From: Nemertoderma westbladi
Lineage: Eukaryota > Animalia > Xenacoelomorpha
NCBI GenBank assembly: GCA_032718475.1
Contig: JAUCBJ010006826.1
Span: 1 to 34,117 of the forward strand
Direction of reading: 5' to 3'
Length of the DNA: 34,117 nucleotides
How positions within the stretch are numbered: position 1 is the stretch's first letter; every line of letters begins with the position of its first letter. Below the pieces are notes generated by a model. That model had not been told where the DNA came from. It did no database searches and was given only the letters and a program-made list of their open reading frames with translations. Below are positions 11,123 to 22,900 of the stretch, piece after piece. The position numbers and the translations under genes are program-made.

Positions 11123-12632
11123 ATGACGGAGTTGATAGAAGATGGTCTTGGTATCAGGGAGCGATATACTCTACCTTTACAAGCGTTTGTTGATAGCTTG
11201 ATACGCGGCGACGTTGGTCCAACTACTACGGAGGACGATGGTCGTTATATCTAACCGCCAATGTCCCGGAAGCAACTTGCGCGTGGGTTAGACTGTAGAA
11301 AATTCACCGCTCGCTATACGCATCGTAATGGTACGTATATGGACTTCTTAACTACTGGTCATCCTATCGACCTACACGATACGAACGATATAGGCACCAA
11401 AGGGAAATGGTTTATTTAAATATCATACCCAGCGGAAGCGGAACGATAAACTGAGACTCGAACACGAAAATTCTATTCGAAACCGACTCGAAAGTGCAGA
11501 TGTCGAAGAGCCGGATAAACGCAGCGACTCCACCAAATACCTGGAATTCTTGAGAGACACCTATCTCGATATTACCAGTCAACAGAATCTAGAAACTCGA
11601 TATCCTCAAGGTATACATCCAGACCCTATGATGGAACTCAAATGGCTCTATTTTACGATGATGTATCTTACCTCCGATCGACCTATCGATCGATAGCTTC
11701 GAACAGATGGAGGAATATTGTAAAACTGGAGAGCGATCACCCGCGTTTGCCCTTCAAGACGTGCGTCTTTGGTATTATTACGATAAATGCCCTAGACCCA
11801 GCCAAGAAACGGAAAGACATAAACATCCACGGAAACGTTGTGTTAAACACAGTTGTGCTCGTTATATTTACTGGAGTTTCGAGCGAAGCTTGTTTGACGT
11901 ATCACCTATGCTCACTCGGCTCGAACGATCCTGGAGTAAACCTACGATCAGAGTCCCGGAATACTCGGTCAAACCTCCTCATTCCTTAGTTGGACCTCAG
12001 ACCTGCGATCCTGGTGGTGTCGCGGATCCTCGCGGACTGTATTCACTGTTCAAAGATCTAGTGCTACCCTAACAATTAATCGGTAACACTCCTACAGTGA
12101 TTTCTAGCTAGCCGCCCATCTTACCTAGCTGGATTGTGACGCGGACACCTAATATCACTATCCAACCGTATGGTCGTCCCCGTTTAACGCGATACAACCC
12201 TTCATCAAGGTGAAGGAGAGCGTTGTACGAAACGAGTTAAACGCTATTCTATAAAGATCAAAAAAGAAACCTGCGTTTGTTCAGATAAACGTAAGTTATA
12301 ACAGTAAGTCCAATCGATAAACGAATTGGCCTTATCTCAGTTCGATTGGGAAATCTCGAATCTCTAAGAAGATATCAAGCTTAGAAAACCCTATTCTCTG
12401 CGAGAGTTTTGGACGAACGTATCCCATGACAAGCGGAGGAAAATCAGCTCGAGGAGAAGCATATCGAAATGGACAAGGCTCCGACCGTAAACCCAAACCT
12501 TCTAATGCAATTGTATTGCACCCTTTACCCAGGAGTTATAGCCTTTCTAGTAAAGTGGCTCGCCCCAAAGAGAAAAGGACTCTTGCTGGCCTCGGGAAAC
12601 TGCGTGAACGCCGTCCGCGCAAGGAAAACTAA
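11123..12632 (+). pseudogene. Decayed ORF of unknown function upstream of an LTR-like sequence
   Basis: GC-balanced, CpG-rich stretch with consecutive protein-like segments broken by stops and frameshifts (MTELIEDGLGIRERY..., KLRLEHENSIRNRLES..., MEEYCKTGERSP..., MDKAPTVNPNLL...). No domain was recognised. Confidence 0.4.
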
Positions 12633-12710
12633 CTGTTTAGAGTATCTTTATGTTTTAGAAACTGTGATTTTTATATTTTATAGACTGAAAATCCCATTTT
12701 CTGGGAGCGG

Positions 12711-13378
12711 TGTAAAAGCCTTTGCTGAATTGCCCCGTTATTTTTCTTATTTTTACATTAAAATACTCTGTAGTTGATTTAATAGGCGTAGGAAACCGTA
12801 TTATTGCTGTATCGGTGTTTTTTAGAGGATCTAAGAGCTATTTCCTCCGTATGTGTACTGTGGAAGGCATAGTTGATGATTCTATGGCAATTCCGTGACG
12901 CAAAAGGGGATAGCTACTCTTGAACAGTAGTTACTATGACGACGGTTAACAGCTGATATTCATACGTGTCGATTTTCTTTGTTCTACGGCGTCTCTCAGT
13001 TCAGTCAGCCAATCAGAGCATTTTTATGGCTCTTGTACAGACATTTCCTAGAAATCACGCAATGCTTTATGTGCAGTGTTTACATTCTGTCCTGAGCCAG
13101 GAGAGAGTGGCTTTGGAATATTTTGTGCTTTTCTGTTTTAGCCTAACACTAGTAGGCTTAATTATAAGGACATATATCCGTTATCTAATCAAACCAACAC
13201 TTAATATCTTACTGACACTGCATACTGTGTAACACTGTGCATACTTTATATTGTTATACTGCTATTTACTGTCGGTTATTCATAATATGGTAGATGAATT
13301 ATTATATTTGGAATAACGATAAATAACCCCGAAAACCCAATATTCTTGATATACCGAAGGTAAGAGAGAAAGGTTACA
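12711..13378 (+). repeat. Candidate LTR of a second, unrelated LTR element (668 bp)
   Basis: Preceded by GGGAGCGG. Termini TGTAAAAGCCTTT...AAAGGTTACA are imperfectly inverted. Internal CCAAT. No resemblance seen to the 9482-9891 LTR. Confidence 0.45.
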
Positions 13379-13939
13379 TATAACGATTGTGACTTATGTT
13401 AAAGTGGTTTGAAGTGAATCTAATGTTATTTGATAGACCGGTCCGTGTTCCTTTTATATGTGACTAAAATCAGTGAAGATCGGCAGATCCGTGTGCAGTA
13501 TTGTGCAGCATTGTGTATGAGTGAGACTGATAACGAAGCATTTCCTAAAGAATGCGCCATATATGTGAATTGTAACTAAGCCATATCGTTGTGAGTAGTT
13601 TAAGTCATATCTCTGTTTATAGATAGAGCGCCACGTCCTAAAGGAACTGTTAATATTCCCCAAAGGTGAATAATATTGTCAGAGATTATATAATACTGTC
13701 AGTCGAATAATACATTAGGCTTACATAGCAATACGATTAAGCCGTCGAACCCAATCTCCCGGGTATATCCAGCGGGTGAATGATCGCGCACCGATTGGTT
13801 TCGACTAGTGTAGTGAATCAAATACTTGTCAGAGGCTAAAAGTGATTTATTATCTAGAAGACATCCTAATTTGGCGGGTTAAACTGCCAAAGGTCTGAAA
13901 GCGCGAACATTTTCAGTTTCACTAAAAGTTCCAACTAAT

Positions 13940-14980
13940 GGTCCAGATAACACATTCCCAGTTTCGTAAAATTTTATCGCGAAGTCTATGTCCAAATGAG
14001 TTATTTTTGTATAAAAACATCTGTTTTCAGCGGTTGTCATGGTAACTGCAAAATTAAACAATGAAATTCGGACGCAGAATAAGTTATATAGTGGGGGTAG
14101 GGGTTGTTCCCAAGTCATAACACCTTAACCTTAGGCTTCAAATTAACATTTTATAAATTTTAACATCTGTTTAGCCCGGTTGCCACGGTAACTGGATTTT
14201 ATATTTAACCTCAATCGGCTCTGCTGCGGACCTTATAGTTGAGTTGAGAAACCCCAAGTTTATATCTATTATAGTTTTTCTACAAATAGAGTTATAAATA
14301 TTGACTTGAAATACATAGACTTTTTTCTAAGTCCGTTGCCATGGAAACCAGATTTTTCCTGGATATGAGACCCATCCCACACGAGTAGTACATACATGCA
14401 AAATTTCAGGGTACTTTTAAAGGCTAGTTTTTTCCGGAATCAAAAAACACTAAATCTGCCTCATACAAGTAAAATAGCCCACTATGAATAGACCATCTCA
14501 GCTAAGGAAAATCTTTCTTAGCGAAAGTAGTTGATTTTCCTTAGCTTCGTGGATAAAATTTGTGTTTGGTTTGATAATTCTGAACGTACGTGATTACGAG
14601 AAAGGCATTTCCTAAAGGAAATGCAACCACGAAGCTAAGGAAAATTAAACAAACGGCCACACTTTGGTTCGTTGCTTAGCCTCGTTAAGTAGCAATTGTC
14701 AATAATTAACTTCTATTCCCATGGAAACTAGAGTTCTCTGGAACTGTTGCTTTAACCTTTGAAACAAAATTCAGTACAGATTGTGGTTCAGTTCAGATAA
14801 CACATATACTGAGTTTCAGAAAATATTGTAGTTTATGTCCAAATTACCGATTTTCTGTCAAAATGCATCTGTTTGCAGTGGTTGTCATGGAAACTGGAAA
14901 ATAGAACAATGTAATTCGAATGCAGAATAAGTCATATAGTGGGGGTAGGGGTTAGTCCCAAGTCATAATACTATTAACCC
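13940..14980 (+). repeat. Diverged ~150-165-bp-period repeat carrying GTTGYCATGGWAAC palindromes
   Basis: Motifs at 14033, 14179, 14335, 14715 (partial) and 14881. A ~190-bp block at 13943-14130 recurs at ~14793-14980. Confidence 0.75.
14487..14717. mobile_element. Small foldback insertion within the X-box repeat
   Basis: AATAG...CTATT ends. Perfect 19-bp inverted repeat at 14534-14552 / 14627-14645 and hairpin GCATTTCCT-AA-AGGAAATGC. Removing ~225-230 bp restores the host repeat period. Confidence 0.45.
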
Positions 14981-15381
14981 AGCAGCGCCCAACGTCTACA
15001 TTTGTAACCCCATAATGGACTGTTTTCAAATCAATGCTGTAGTTACCTAAAATATCCTATAACTATTATAATGCTATAATATGATTAATTAAAGGTGCAT
15101 CTATATGACTGACACTTAAAAAACGGTAAATTTTAAAAATTTTCATTTCTAAATTGACTCTAAAAATCGGAAATATATTTTTTCAGACATCGATTGGCAT
15201 TACTTCATTCTATGTAACTATATGGTTATAGACAACAGGGATTGTGGCATATTTTTATTGTCAGATAATGGGAGATTTAGTAAAACAATAAAATATTATG
15301 TAGTCTGCCCTCTTTAGTCTAGCAAATTCAACTTATTTACAGAAGACTACATTTGTAGTGCTTGGGCACTACATAGTGATT
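14974..15381. mobile_element. Old MITE with degenerate TIRs (possibly piggyBac-like); related end at ~18847-18880
   Basis: TTAACCCAGCAGCGCCCAACGTCTACATTTGTA at the left and inverted TACATTTGTAGTGCTTGGGCACT at ~15349-15371. AGCGCCCAAGTACTACATTTGTA recurs at 18853. Confidence 0.35.
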
Positions 15382-16336
15382 GATACTTTTAGACACAATC
15401 TGTATGTGATACCAGCTGACCAGAGGTACCGGTACCCAGAATATTACTACAGTACGGCCTGACAGTACTGCAGTAGGTACTACACCTTCCACTGTCAGAC
15501 TATACCACTTTCCTAATGCAGGAGTTACTGGTACCTATACAGCAGTAACAATACAGCAATAGGCTACACTAGCCCGCTAGCATTCCAAGGCATTAAAATG
15601 ATTGATTGTGCCTGTCTCAAAGTCTGGCAATTTCTGAATGCAGTTCAAAACTTTTGAACGCAGGAATTTTTGTAAATAAAATATAATTGCTGCTTCTAAC
15701 AGCAGAACAGTCTGAACTCTATTTTAAATACCACTGAACCATTGCCCTGTACTCTGGGCTACAACTGTACTCCCTTCACCCAAGTCTAAACACTACATGC
15801 GCACATGCACATGCCCACTTAAGATTGTTGCTGTGATTGTGACGCTCACCACATGGCTGCATGGTGCATTGGCAGATTGGCATGGAATCTACTCCACTTC
15901 ACCCAACACCTACTAATAAACTTGCAGTTCAGCTAGGACGGTATTAGTACGTTTGAACGACACTAGCCAAACAAGCCTAAAATCAGATAAATAATGGTAC
16001 CGGTACCGGTATAGCAGTATTGTTCACCACCTTGCGGATTGCATGGGTATTATTTATTAAGTTCTTTGAAGGGAATGTATTATTTTAATCTATATTACTT
16101 ACTACTACTATTATTACTACTATTACTATTATTTACTAGCTTAATTATGTAATATTTTAGCTTAATCTATTAGTTTAATTACGATTTACTATGCGTACGT
16201 AATCTTAATTACAGTCTACCGTACATACATATTTCTAATATTATAATTAATATTTACCCCGACTGAGGGTGTATCTTATTGTAAAAAAATATTACAAGCT
16301 AATAACGCTGTTGCGATACGGTTGTTTATTTCATAT

Positions 16337-16470
16337 GTTGGCCCTGAAAAGGGCCGTTTGGGTTGGTTAAGTCAGGTCATACAGTAGATGGCCCTGAAAA
16401 GGGCCGTTTGGGTTGAAGTCAGGTCGTACAGTAGTTGGCCCTGAAAAGGGCCGTTTGGGTTGGTTAAGGT
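16337..16470 (-). terminator. Three tandem histone-mRNA-type 3' stem-loops (47-50-bp repeat)
   Basis: Minus strand CCCAAAC-GGCCCT-TTTC-AGGGCC-A at 16437-16452, 16390-16405 and 16340-16355. This matches the metazoan consensus GGCYCTTTTMAGRGCC with an A/C-rich 5' flank. AATAAA (minus) at 16325-16330. Confidence 0.85.
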
Positions 16471-16490
16471 ATAAGGTACAGTATAGACAT

Positions 16491-17065
16491 TCAGCAAGGG
16501 TAGTAATGTTTGAAAAGTGCAAGGAGATTTGAGAAAGGTCGGTCGCGATTTAAAAGTCTCCACCGAAATTCTGCCAGGTGGCCAGCAATAAGTTGCGGTG
16601 TTGTGCATTTCTTATTGCGGATGACTGACGTCTTTAAGTGGCCCCACATCGACTCTATACTCTATACGTTGAGTTGTGGGATCCATTGCCTTGCACCCCA
16701 ACAATGTCGCCTAGCAACAGATGTGCAGTACGCATTCGAACTTCGAGAGCAAACGAATACGTGATGGCAAGAATCTGCCGAACCTCGAATCGACTCTTCT
16801 CAAACCACGTTCCAGAACGTGCAGTTCGCTTGTGCTTATTAGCACCGGAGCAACGCCAAACAAGCCGCATGAATCCCCTGTCCTTCACCAGCGTAATTTT
16901 AGCTTGCGCAGTACAACCCGGAAAAGGACAAAGACGTAGGGTTGGTTGCCCATTTGATTGTAGAGTTCGGGGGAGAAGCTCCACGCTTTGAGCAAACTCA
17001 ATAGCGCGCTCCTCAGTCTCGATAAGTTTCCCAATCTCAATGAAATTTAATTCAGCCATAGTCAT
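16491..17065 (-). pseudogene. Merlin/IS1595-like transposase: N- and C-terminal parts joined, central catalytic region missing
   Basis: N-terminus AIEFAQSVELL...CPFPGC...WRC...RSGTWFEKS...QILAITYSF. After frameshifts the C-terminus reads (H)TQRIESMWGHLK...LIAGHLAEFRWR...FSNLLALFKHYYPC*, with the stop at 16491-16493. No VEIDE- or SD.W-type segments are present. Confidence 0.85.
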
Positions 17066-17066
17066 G

Positions 17067-17204
17067 ATGAGTACAGTATACAAACAGTAGGCCAGTAAGT
17101 AACAGTACAGTCAATGAGTACAGTATACAAACAGTAGGCCAGTAAGTAACAGTACAGTCAATGAGTACAGTATACAAACAGTAGGCCAGTAAGTAACAGT
17201 ACAG
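17067..17204. repeat. 47-bp tandem repeat x3 directly upstream of the transposase ATG
   Basis: ATGAGTACAGTATACAAACAGTAGGCCAGTAAGTAACAGTACAGTCA at 17067, 17114 and 17161. Confidence 0.95.
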
Positions 17205-17319
17205 CAGTAGGCCTAACAATACTGCTATACCGGTACCGGTAACAATTTTTATCAGTTTCTATCTGATTTCATGATTGTTTGGCTAGTGTCGTTCAAACGT
17301 ACTAATACCAGCTAGGACT

Positions 17320-18640
17320 ATGGATTCCGATGCCGACTCTGTCGCTGATCGCTACATTCCTTTCGACGGCTTTCACAGGTCACTGGCTGACTGGTGGATG
17401 TCAACGAAATGCAAACCAAACATCAACCCACCCCCCAGTTCAGCAGTTGACGTTGTGGAAGAAGAGCCCCTGCCAGCCCGCAACTCGATCAAGTTGAACA
17501 TGAAGCCTACAGTCAGACAGTCTCAGCGGCAGTGCTGCTAGTATCAGCAGAACCAGAAGTAACCGATACCAGTACAGACTTTCTCAAACAAAACCGGACG
17601 ACAGCAAAATCCCACGTAACATGACTCAAACCATAAGTAAGCAACCACATTGAAGGACAGGGCAGCTGCAGTACCTACGCTAAAGCTGCTACTAGAAGAC
17701 CTAACCGACGTCATTCTGGCTGTCTGGAGTGCGCCGCCATCGATACACATGAAAACTCTCCAAACAGTCAGTCAGTCAGCCACTCAGAGAACATGGCGAC
17801 GTGGATCTCCTCAGTGTGCAATGCAACTAATGCATGCTGCTGCAGCACTGCTGTGCAAACCTACCTATACACCCGTTCCGGTACACAGTCCATTGTCTCG
17901 GGTCCGAGTTCTCGAATGGCTGCCCGATTGGCCCGTCAAGAACTCGAAGCCAACCTCGAACTCGAACATTTTGACAAAACTCAATCATCACACGATCGTG
18001 AAGGCGAACTGGCCACATTTGCCACTCGGCAGGCTGCTGACCAAGCTGCCCAAAACCTAAAACTCCCGTCTGAGTGCCGTAAAATGACGCTATGAAACTA
18101 TCAAAGAACTTGAACTGAGAGTGGAGCGTTCCAGTCTCGCTTCTCGCTCTACTCCCGATCAGGAGAACGAGGACAGCACGTCCAACATTGGAGTGAATCC
18201 CGATGTTCCTGAGCCTACACAAGCCAGCCTCCCTGCGGCCACAGCTGCCCCCTCCATGGTATCAGTTGGCCCCCCGACGGGCCCCCCGTGGGTTCCCCCG
18301 GCTGCCCCGCTCGCAGTCGCATTGACAACTGGAAACCCGTTATTCCTACCCCCTTCCAGTTAGGTGACCTTGGCTCCTGTGAACCTGTTGCCGTCCTCCA
18401 TCGGGACTCTATTTTCTCTCACCTACCTGTCCATTCCACGCTCTCTCAGCAGCGTGAACTCGCCGGAGTTCTTTTCGACTTCAGCGCTCAGCTTCACATT
18501 GATAACTGCCGCTTCCAATTGTCCAATCGCCACTCCTTGAGAAACTGCCCCTGTTTAGCGTCCCCAGCCAGGCCGACACCGAGAGTTCCCGGCTTCCCCC
18601 TGGATCCTTACTATCCTTACAATTGCTATTTGAAGTAATG
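17320..18640 (+). pseudogene. Decayed coding-like region, possibly an LTR-retrotransposon gag N-terminus, interrupted upstream by the Merlin insertion
   Basis: GC-rich broken ORFs with a Ser-rich then coiled-coil segment (SSRMAARLARQELEANLELE...IKELELR) followed by a Pro-rich segment. No catalytic motif. Confidence 0.3.
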
Positions 18641-19019
18641 GACCCGGGGGGGGGGGGGGGGGGGGTGGACACTACAAATACTATATTATCTTGAAATTTT
18701 TAACTCAATTTTAGATTAAAAACTTTTTTAAACATTTGCTTTTGTGTATACTCAATTCTACACCCACCAAAGTAGTTAATAACATCCTTTATATTATCCT
18801 TTATAAACAAATTGGTGTTATTTTTATGAATATATACTGTAAATACCTCCATAGCGCCCAAGTACTACATTTGTACCCTACCTAATAAATCGAGATTGGT
18901 TAAAGTTTTGATACTGGTGTTGAAACTATGTTTAAGTTAGACCATTTGGACTTAGTTCTGAAAATATGAATAAATTACCTCGAGTTTTTAGATGTCTGGG
19001 TTTTGCTGGGTTTAAGTTA

Positions 19020-20021
19020 GGTATACTAATGGGGTTCTGTGCAGAATTCAATATGGCTCTTAATAAAAATAAATCGAAATTCATGACATTTAATGGGGAG
19101 GATTCCGATAAATTACCATTAGTGGTGAATGGTTTTGTTTTTGAATATTGTACAGAATATACCTACCTAGGCTCGTTGTTCACTGATGGTAATAATTTTA
19201 CTGCAGATTTAGCAGCCCATATAAAAGCGAAGCAGTCTAATGTATTAAAGTTTTCTGCATTTCTACACCGCAACTATGATATGCCTTTTGCTCGGAAACT
19301 AAAAGTTTTTCACCATTATTGCCTCTTAGCTTCGATTTTATATGGCTGCGAAACTTGGTTAAAGGGTTCTTATAAGGGTGTTGTTGCCACTTTATATATA
19401 AAATGCATTAAGCTGTTAGTTAGGGTAGATTGAGTACGAGTAACCATGTGTGTCTAGCGGAGTTAGGTTTACCTCGTGTAGATGCGTTAATATCACATCA
19501 GAGAAAACTTTTTCTTACGAAATTCAGTGTTCATACGCCAGGAATAAAGATATTAGACGATTGCCTATCTGCGTCTATTAATTTTATTCAGGCAGATATT
19601 AATGCAACCAAAGCGTATATACGTAGTAACGCCAGTACTCATACTAAGCTTATGACGTATCTGTCATTCAACAATAATTTAGTAAGACAAAACATATATG
19701 GTGCAAATAATGTATACCTACCTACCTGACAATCTACGTGTAAGCTTTACAAGATTAAGACTTTCAAGTCATTATCTCAAGATGGAGACTGGACGGCGGT
19801 CTAGAACTCCCCGCGCACGTCGTGTCTGTCCGTGTACAAATAGGGACATTCAGGACGAAACACATGTGTTGTTCGTTTGCGAAATAACACTCCCTATACG
19901 TTCGAAATATAACATTCAAGCTGTAGCCATAAGCGACCTTGACAACATTGACAGATATAAATTGTGCCTCTATATTTTTAGCGACATTCACCTAATGCTA
20001 TTATTCCGTGAAAGCAATTAA
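19020..20021 (+). pseudogene. 3' fragment of a non-LTR retrotransposon ORF2 (RTE-X-like), frameshifted
   Basis: RT C-terminal motifs NKNKSKFM, YTYLG and ILYGCETW. C-terminal LRLSSHYLKMETGR...CPC...DETHVLFVC zinc finger. Confidence 0.8.
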
Positions 20022-20889
20022 TTTAATTAGGTTATTTAACGGTACATTCGTTGTTATTTGGATATTCATTTGAAATAGAAATTTAATACTGGTCATGTTT
20101 CTGTATGATTTTTGATAATGTTCGTGTTTCTGTGTAATTTTGATAATGTTCATAATAATGTTTTTCATGGCATGACAATAATATATATAATATATATATA
20201 AACTGTGAAAGAAACGAAAACCAGCGTAATATTTGAATACTTTGTCCAAAGGTAATCGGTTCAAGTATCATAATAATTCGTTGGTAGTAGTTCTAGAATA
20301 CAGGCTGGTGTTTTACAGTAAGCAATGTAGTGTTTTACAATAGGCAATCTGGTGAATCTATTATAAGAATTCAGTGCAATCTACCCTTTTCGTTATGAAA
20401 TTATATTTTAAAATAGAACTGTTTGCATTCTATCTTTTTGTTATGATGTGATTTTTACTGCCGAAATTGCACTATAAATATTTTATGAGGTGCTTTTAGA
20501 TTTAAGTTCGAACACGACACCTATATGTCCCTATCGATCTAAAGCCTATTTTAAGATGCGGTAATTATACTTTTTAATACACGTTCCATGATACGAGATA
20601 CCACCAATCCCATGTCCCTACAATACCATAATGTTACTACAACCTACTTTTATTTTATGCGTCAGTAAATAAACTTCAAACAACTTAACACATAAATAGT
20701 ATTGAGTGTACAGTATAGGCCTATATGGCGGGAATTCTACAAAACAGCCATCCGAAGTTGTTAAGGGTGGTTTTCGATTTTGGGATAAAACCAGGGAATT
20801 TAAAATTGATATCGATGCCATTGCAAGTTACTGAATGAATATCATGCATTTAATACATTGAATGTGCACTAATTACATACAGTAATAGT

Positions 20890-21538
20890 AAGTTCAAAGG
20901 ATGTTATACTTGAGCATGCGGACAACTTCTGATCATGGATCCGGAAGTCAGTCGACCTTCGATTTCGTAAGGGAAAGGCATGGGCAGCAATATTGTAAAT
21001 GAGCTTTCCAGGATTTGGAAGTCACACAGAATTTATCGAAAACTTAAGGTCCGATTATTTAGAGCAGCAGTAGTTCCAGTACTCCTCTATGGGAGTCTAA
21101 CTCCCATAGAGGGTCTAACTGCTGAGAATACCAAATCTCTGGATGGCACATTCACAAGAATGCGGCGTCGGGTTCATTGTGTCATGTACAATGCACACAT
21201 CTCCAACCAGACTCTATATAAGGTGTCTCATTGGTTCCCCCAAGCTTGACAGTAGAACAAAGCCGCCTCCGCTTTGCAGGACATTGCTTTCGCCGTGAGG
21301 ACCAGCCAGTGAATAATCTTGTACTTTGGCAGCCTCATGGAGTGAATAAGCATGGTGGACAGCCCATGACTTTCTTGAGACGCATATTAAAGGACACTGG
21401 CCTTGAAAATGCGGATGATCTAGCAAATGTCATGGGTGATAGGGAGTTGTGGCGGCGCAATTTTGTCGACAAGCCGGCACAGCATTCTTAAAAATGCAGC
21501 TGCAATGCAGCATGCCGATCCTAGTAGTAGTAGTAGTA
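20890..21538 (+). pseudogene. 3' fragment of an RTE-clade LINE with (TAG)n tail
   Basis: LFRAAVVPVLLYGS, LDGTFTRM, RLRFAGHCFR, LVLWQP and MGDRELWR. (TAG)5 at 21522-21536. Confidence 0.85.
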
Positions 21539-22724
21539 TGGTAATAATGGAATAATAACTTCGCTTGTGATTATGAATGTTGAATTAAAACCAGCACCAA
21601 AAAAATAGCACACTGGGGACCGGCTTAAATCATAAAACTGTAAGAAGTTAATTACATTATTTTTTAATTAAATGACTAAAAATGTAAATGTAAAAAAATA
21701 TTGGGTAGTTATGGAGTGTGCTCTCTTGGAAGTTAGTGTGGCGACATACCTGTTTTACATGTAATAGCCAAGAGAGAAGAGCCTTTGGGTTGTGCCTGTT
21801 GTTTTCAGTTTTACACTCACCAAAACTTTATTATAGATTTCATATTCTGTTGTTACATTATATTCAATTACAAAGCTATCTAGTTGCCTCCAAATCCTGA
21901 ATCTCGGTATATTTTTGTTGTGATTGGTTATCAAATGGCCAAATATACCATATGATATACCAATATACTAAAACCCATTAAATATCTATGCCACTTCTGC
22001 CAAAATCCATGTACAATTATTTCGTATTATTTCATGTATAATTATAATGTTCGATGCTTGTATAAAATCCTCGGCCTTCGGCCTGAGCAATTATATGGTT
22101 TATTTTGTTTCAGGTGAATATATCCGCATATCACCTCTAAACATTTAATAATATCAGTACATTATTCTCCTGCATCCACACAAAATATCCACCCACTCAA
22201 CCCCTCCCACTCTGCACACTTATCTATAAGCCACTTTTATGAACTGATCGTTTTAATGATGGGAACATTGCAATCATGAGGCTTCCATTAAATTAATTCT
22301 TTCATACTTTTTGACAGAAGGCATGGGACTCATTAAATAATATAATATTTTAATTGACAAGAGTTATTAGTTCTAGCTTCAAATGATGCCATATTGTATG
22401 ATTCTATCACTCAATTATTCAATTTGTAAAATAAGAATGGTAAAATCTGTTAGGCTTATTAAGCCAAGGAATGCCCGTTCACCACCACGGATGATCTTCC
22501 ACACTACACCCATCCATTAGGCTACATACATGTTGTTGCCTGTTTCCCTCATGCAGCAGCTCTATGTATAATATTAAAAAATTATGTCTCGAGTAATTAA
22601 ATAAGGTAATGTAATGACGAACTAAAGTGTTATCTAATACAAAAATAACTTGCTTTACTTTAAGGAGGTTATCTGAAGACGTCAAGAATTCCCACAAGGC
22701 ATAATTGCACGTGGCACCTACAAC

Positions 22725-22900
22725 TGTGTGGCGAGCCACGAAGTAAGTGAGCTTTAGCATAGGGGTACAATTATTCAACCTGTCGTTCTGTTGTTCTGTC
22801 ACTATTTTTTGCTGTGTTCAATTTTGAACGTTAATAACTCGATCAATCCTCGATGAAATGTAACCAAACTTGGCAGACAAATAGTCTGTCAAAAGTTTAG
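22725..22900 (+). mobile_element. 5' end of an element related to the 27349-28618 insertion
   Basis: TGTGTGGCGAGCCACGAAGT...GAGCTTTAGC vs TGTGGGGCGAGCCACGAAGT...GAGCCTTAGC, followed by a short GTTCT/GTC simple repeat and TTTTGA...TAATAACT. The right end is unclear. Confidence 0.6.

Larger units (their letters stand above)
15940..17309 (-). mobile_element. Merlin-superfamily (IS1595/ISXO2-like) DNA transposon, internally deleted, 1370 bp
   Basis: Perfect 35-bp TIRs GGTATTAGTACGTTTGAACGACACTAGCCAAACAA (15940-15974 / 17275-17309), with imperfect extension to ~85-95 bp. 9-bp TSD AGCTAGGAC (15931-15939, 17310-17318). GG termini and transposase remnants. Confidence 0.93.

Noticed and set aside
16337-16470. 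CRISPR array, bacterial terminator, or 3' end of a histone gene
   Set aside because: The intervening sequences are copies of each other, the hairpin matches the histone consensus, and the upstream frame is a transposase rather than a histone.
15940-17309. Bacterial IS1595 contamination
   Set aside because: It is embedded with a TSD among animal retroelements and carries metazoan-type 3' signals, which fits eukaryotic Merlin.
18646-18665. Poly-G tracts here and at 33046-33068, and the poly-Pro ORF 18481-18672
   Set aside because: Simple homopolymers with no supporting structure.
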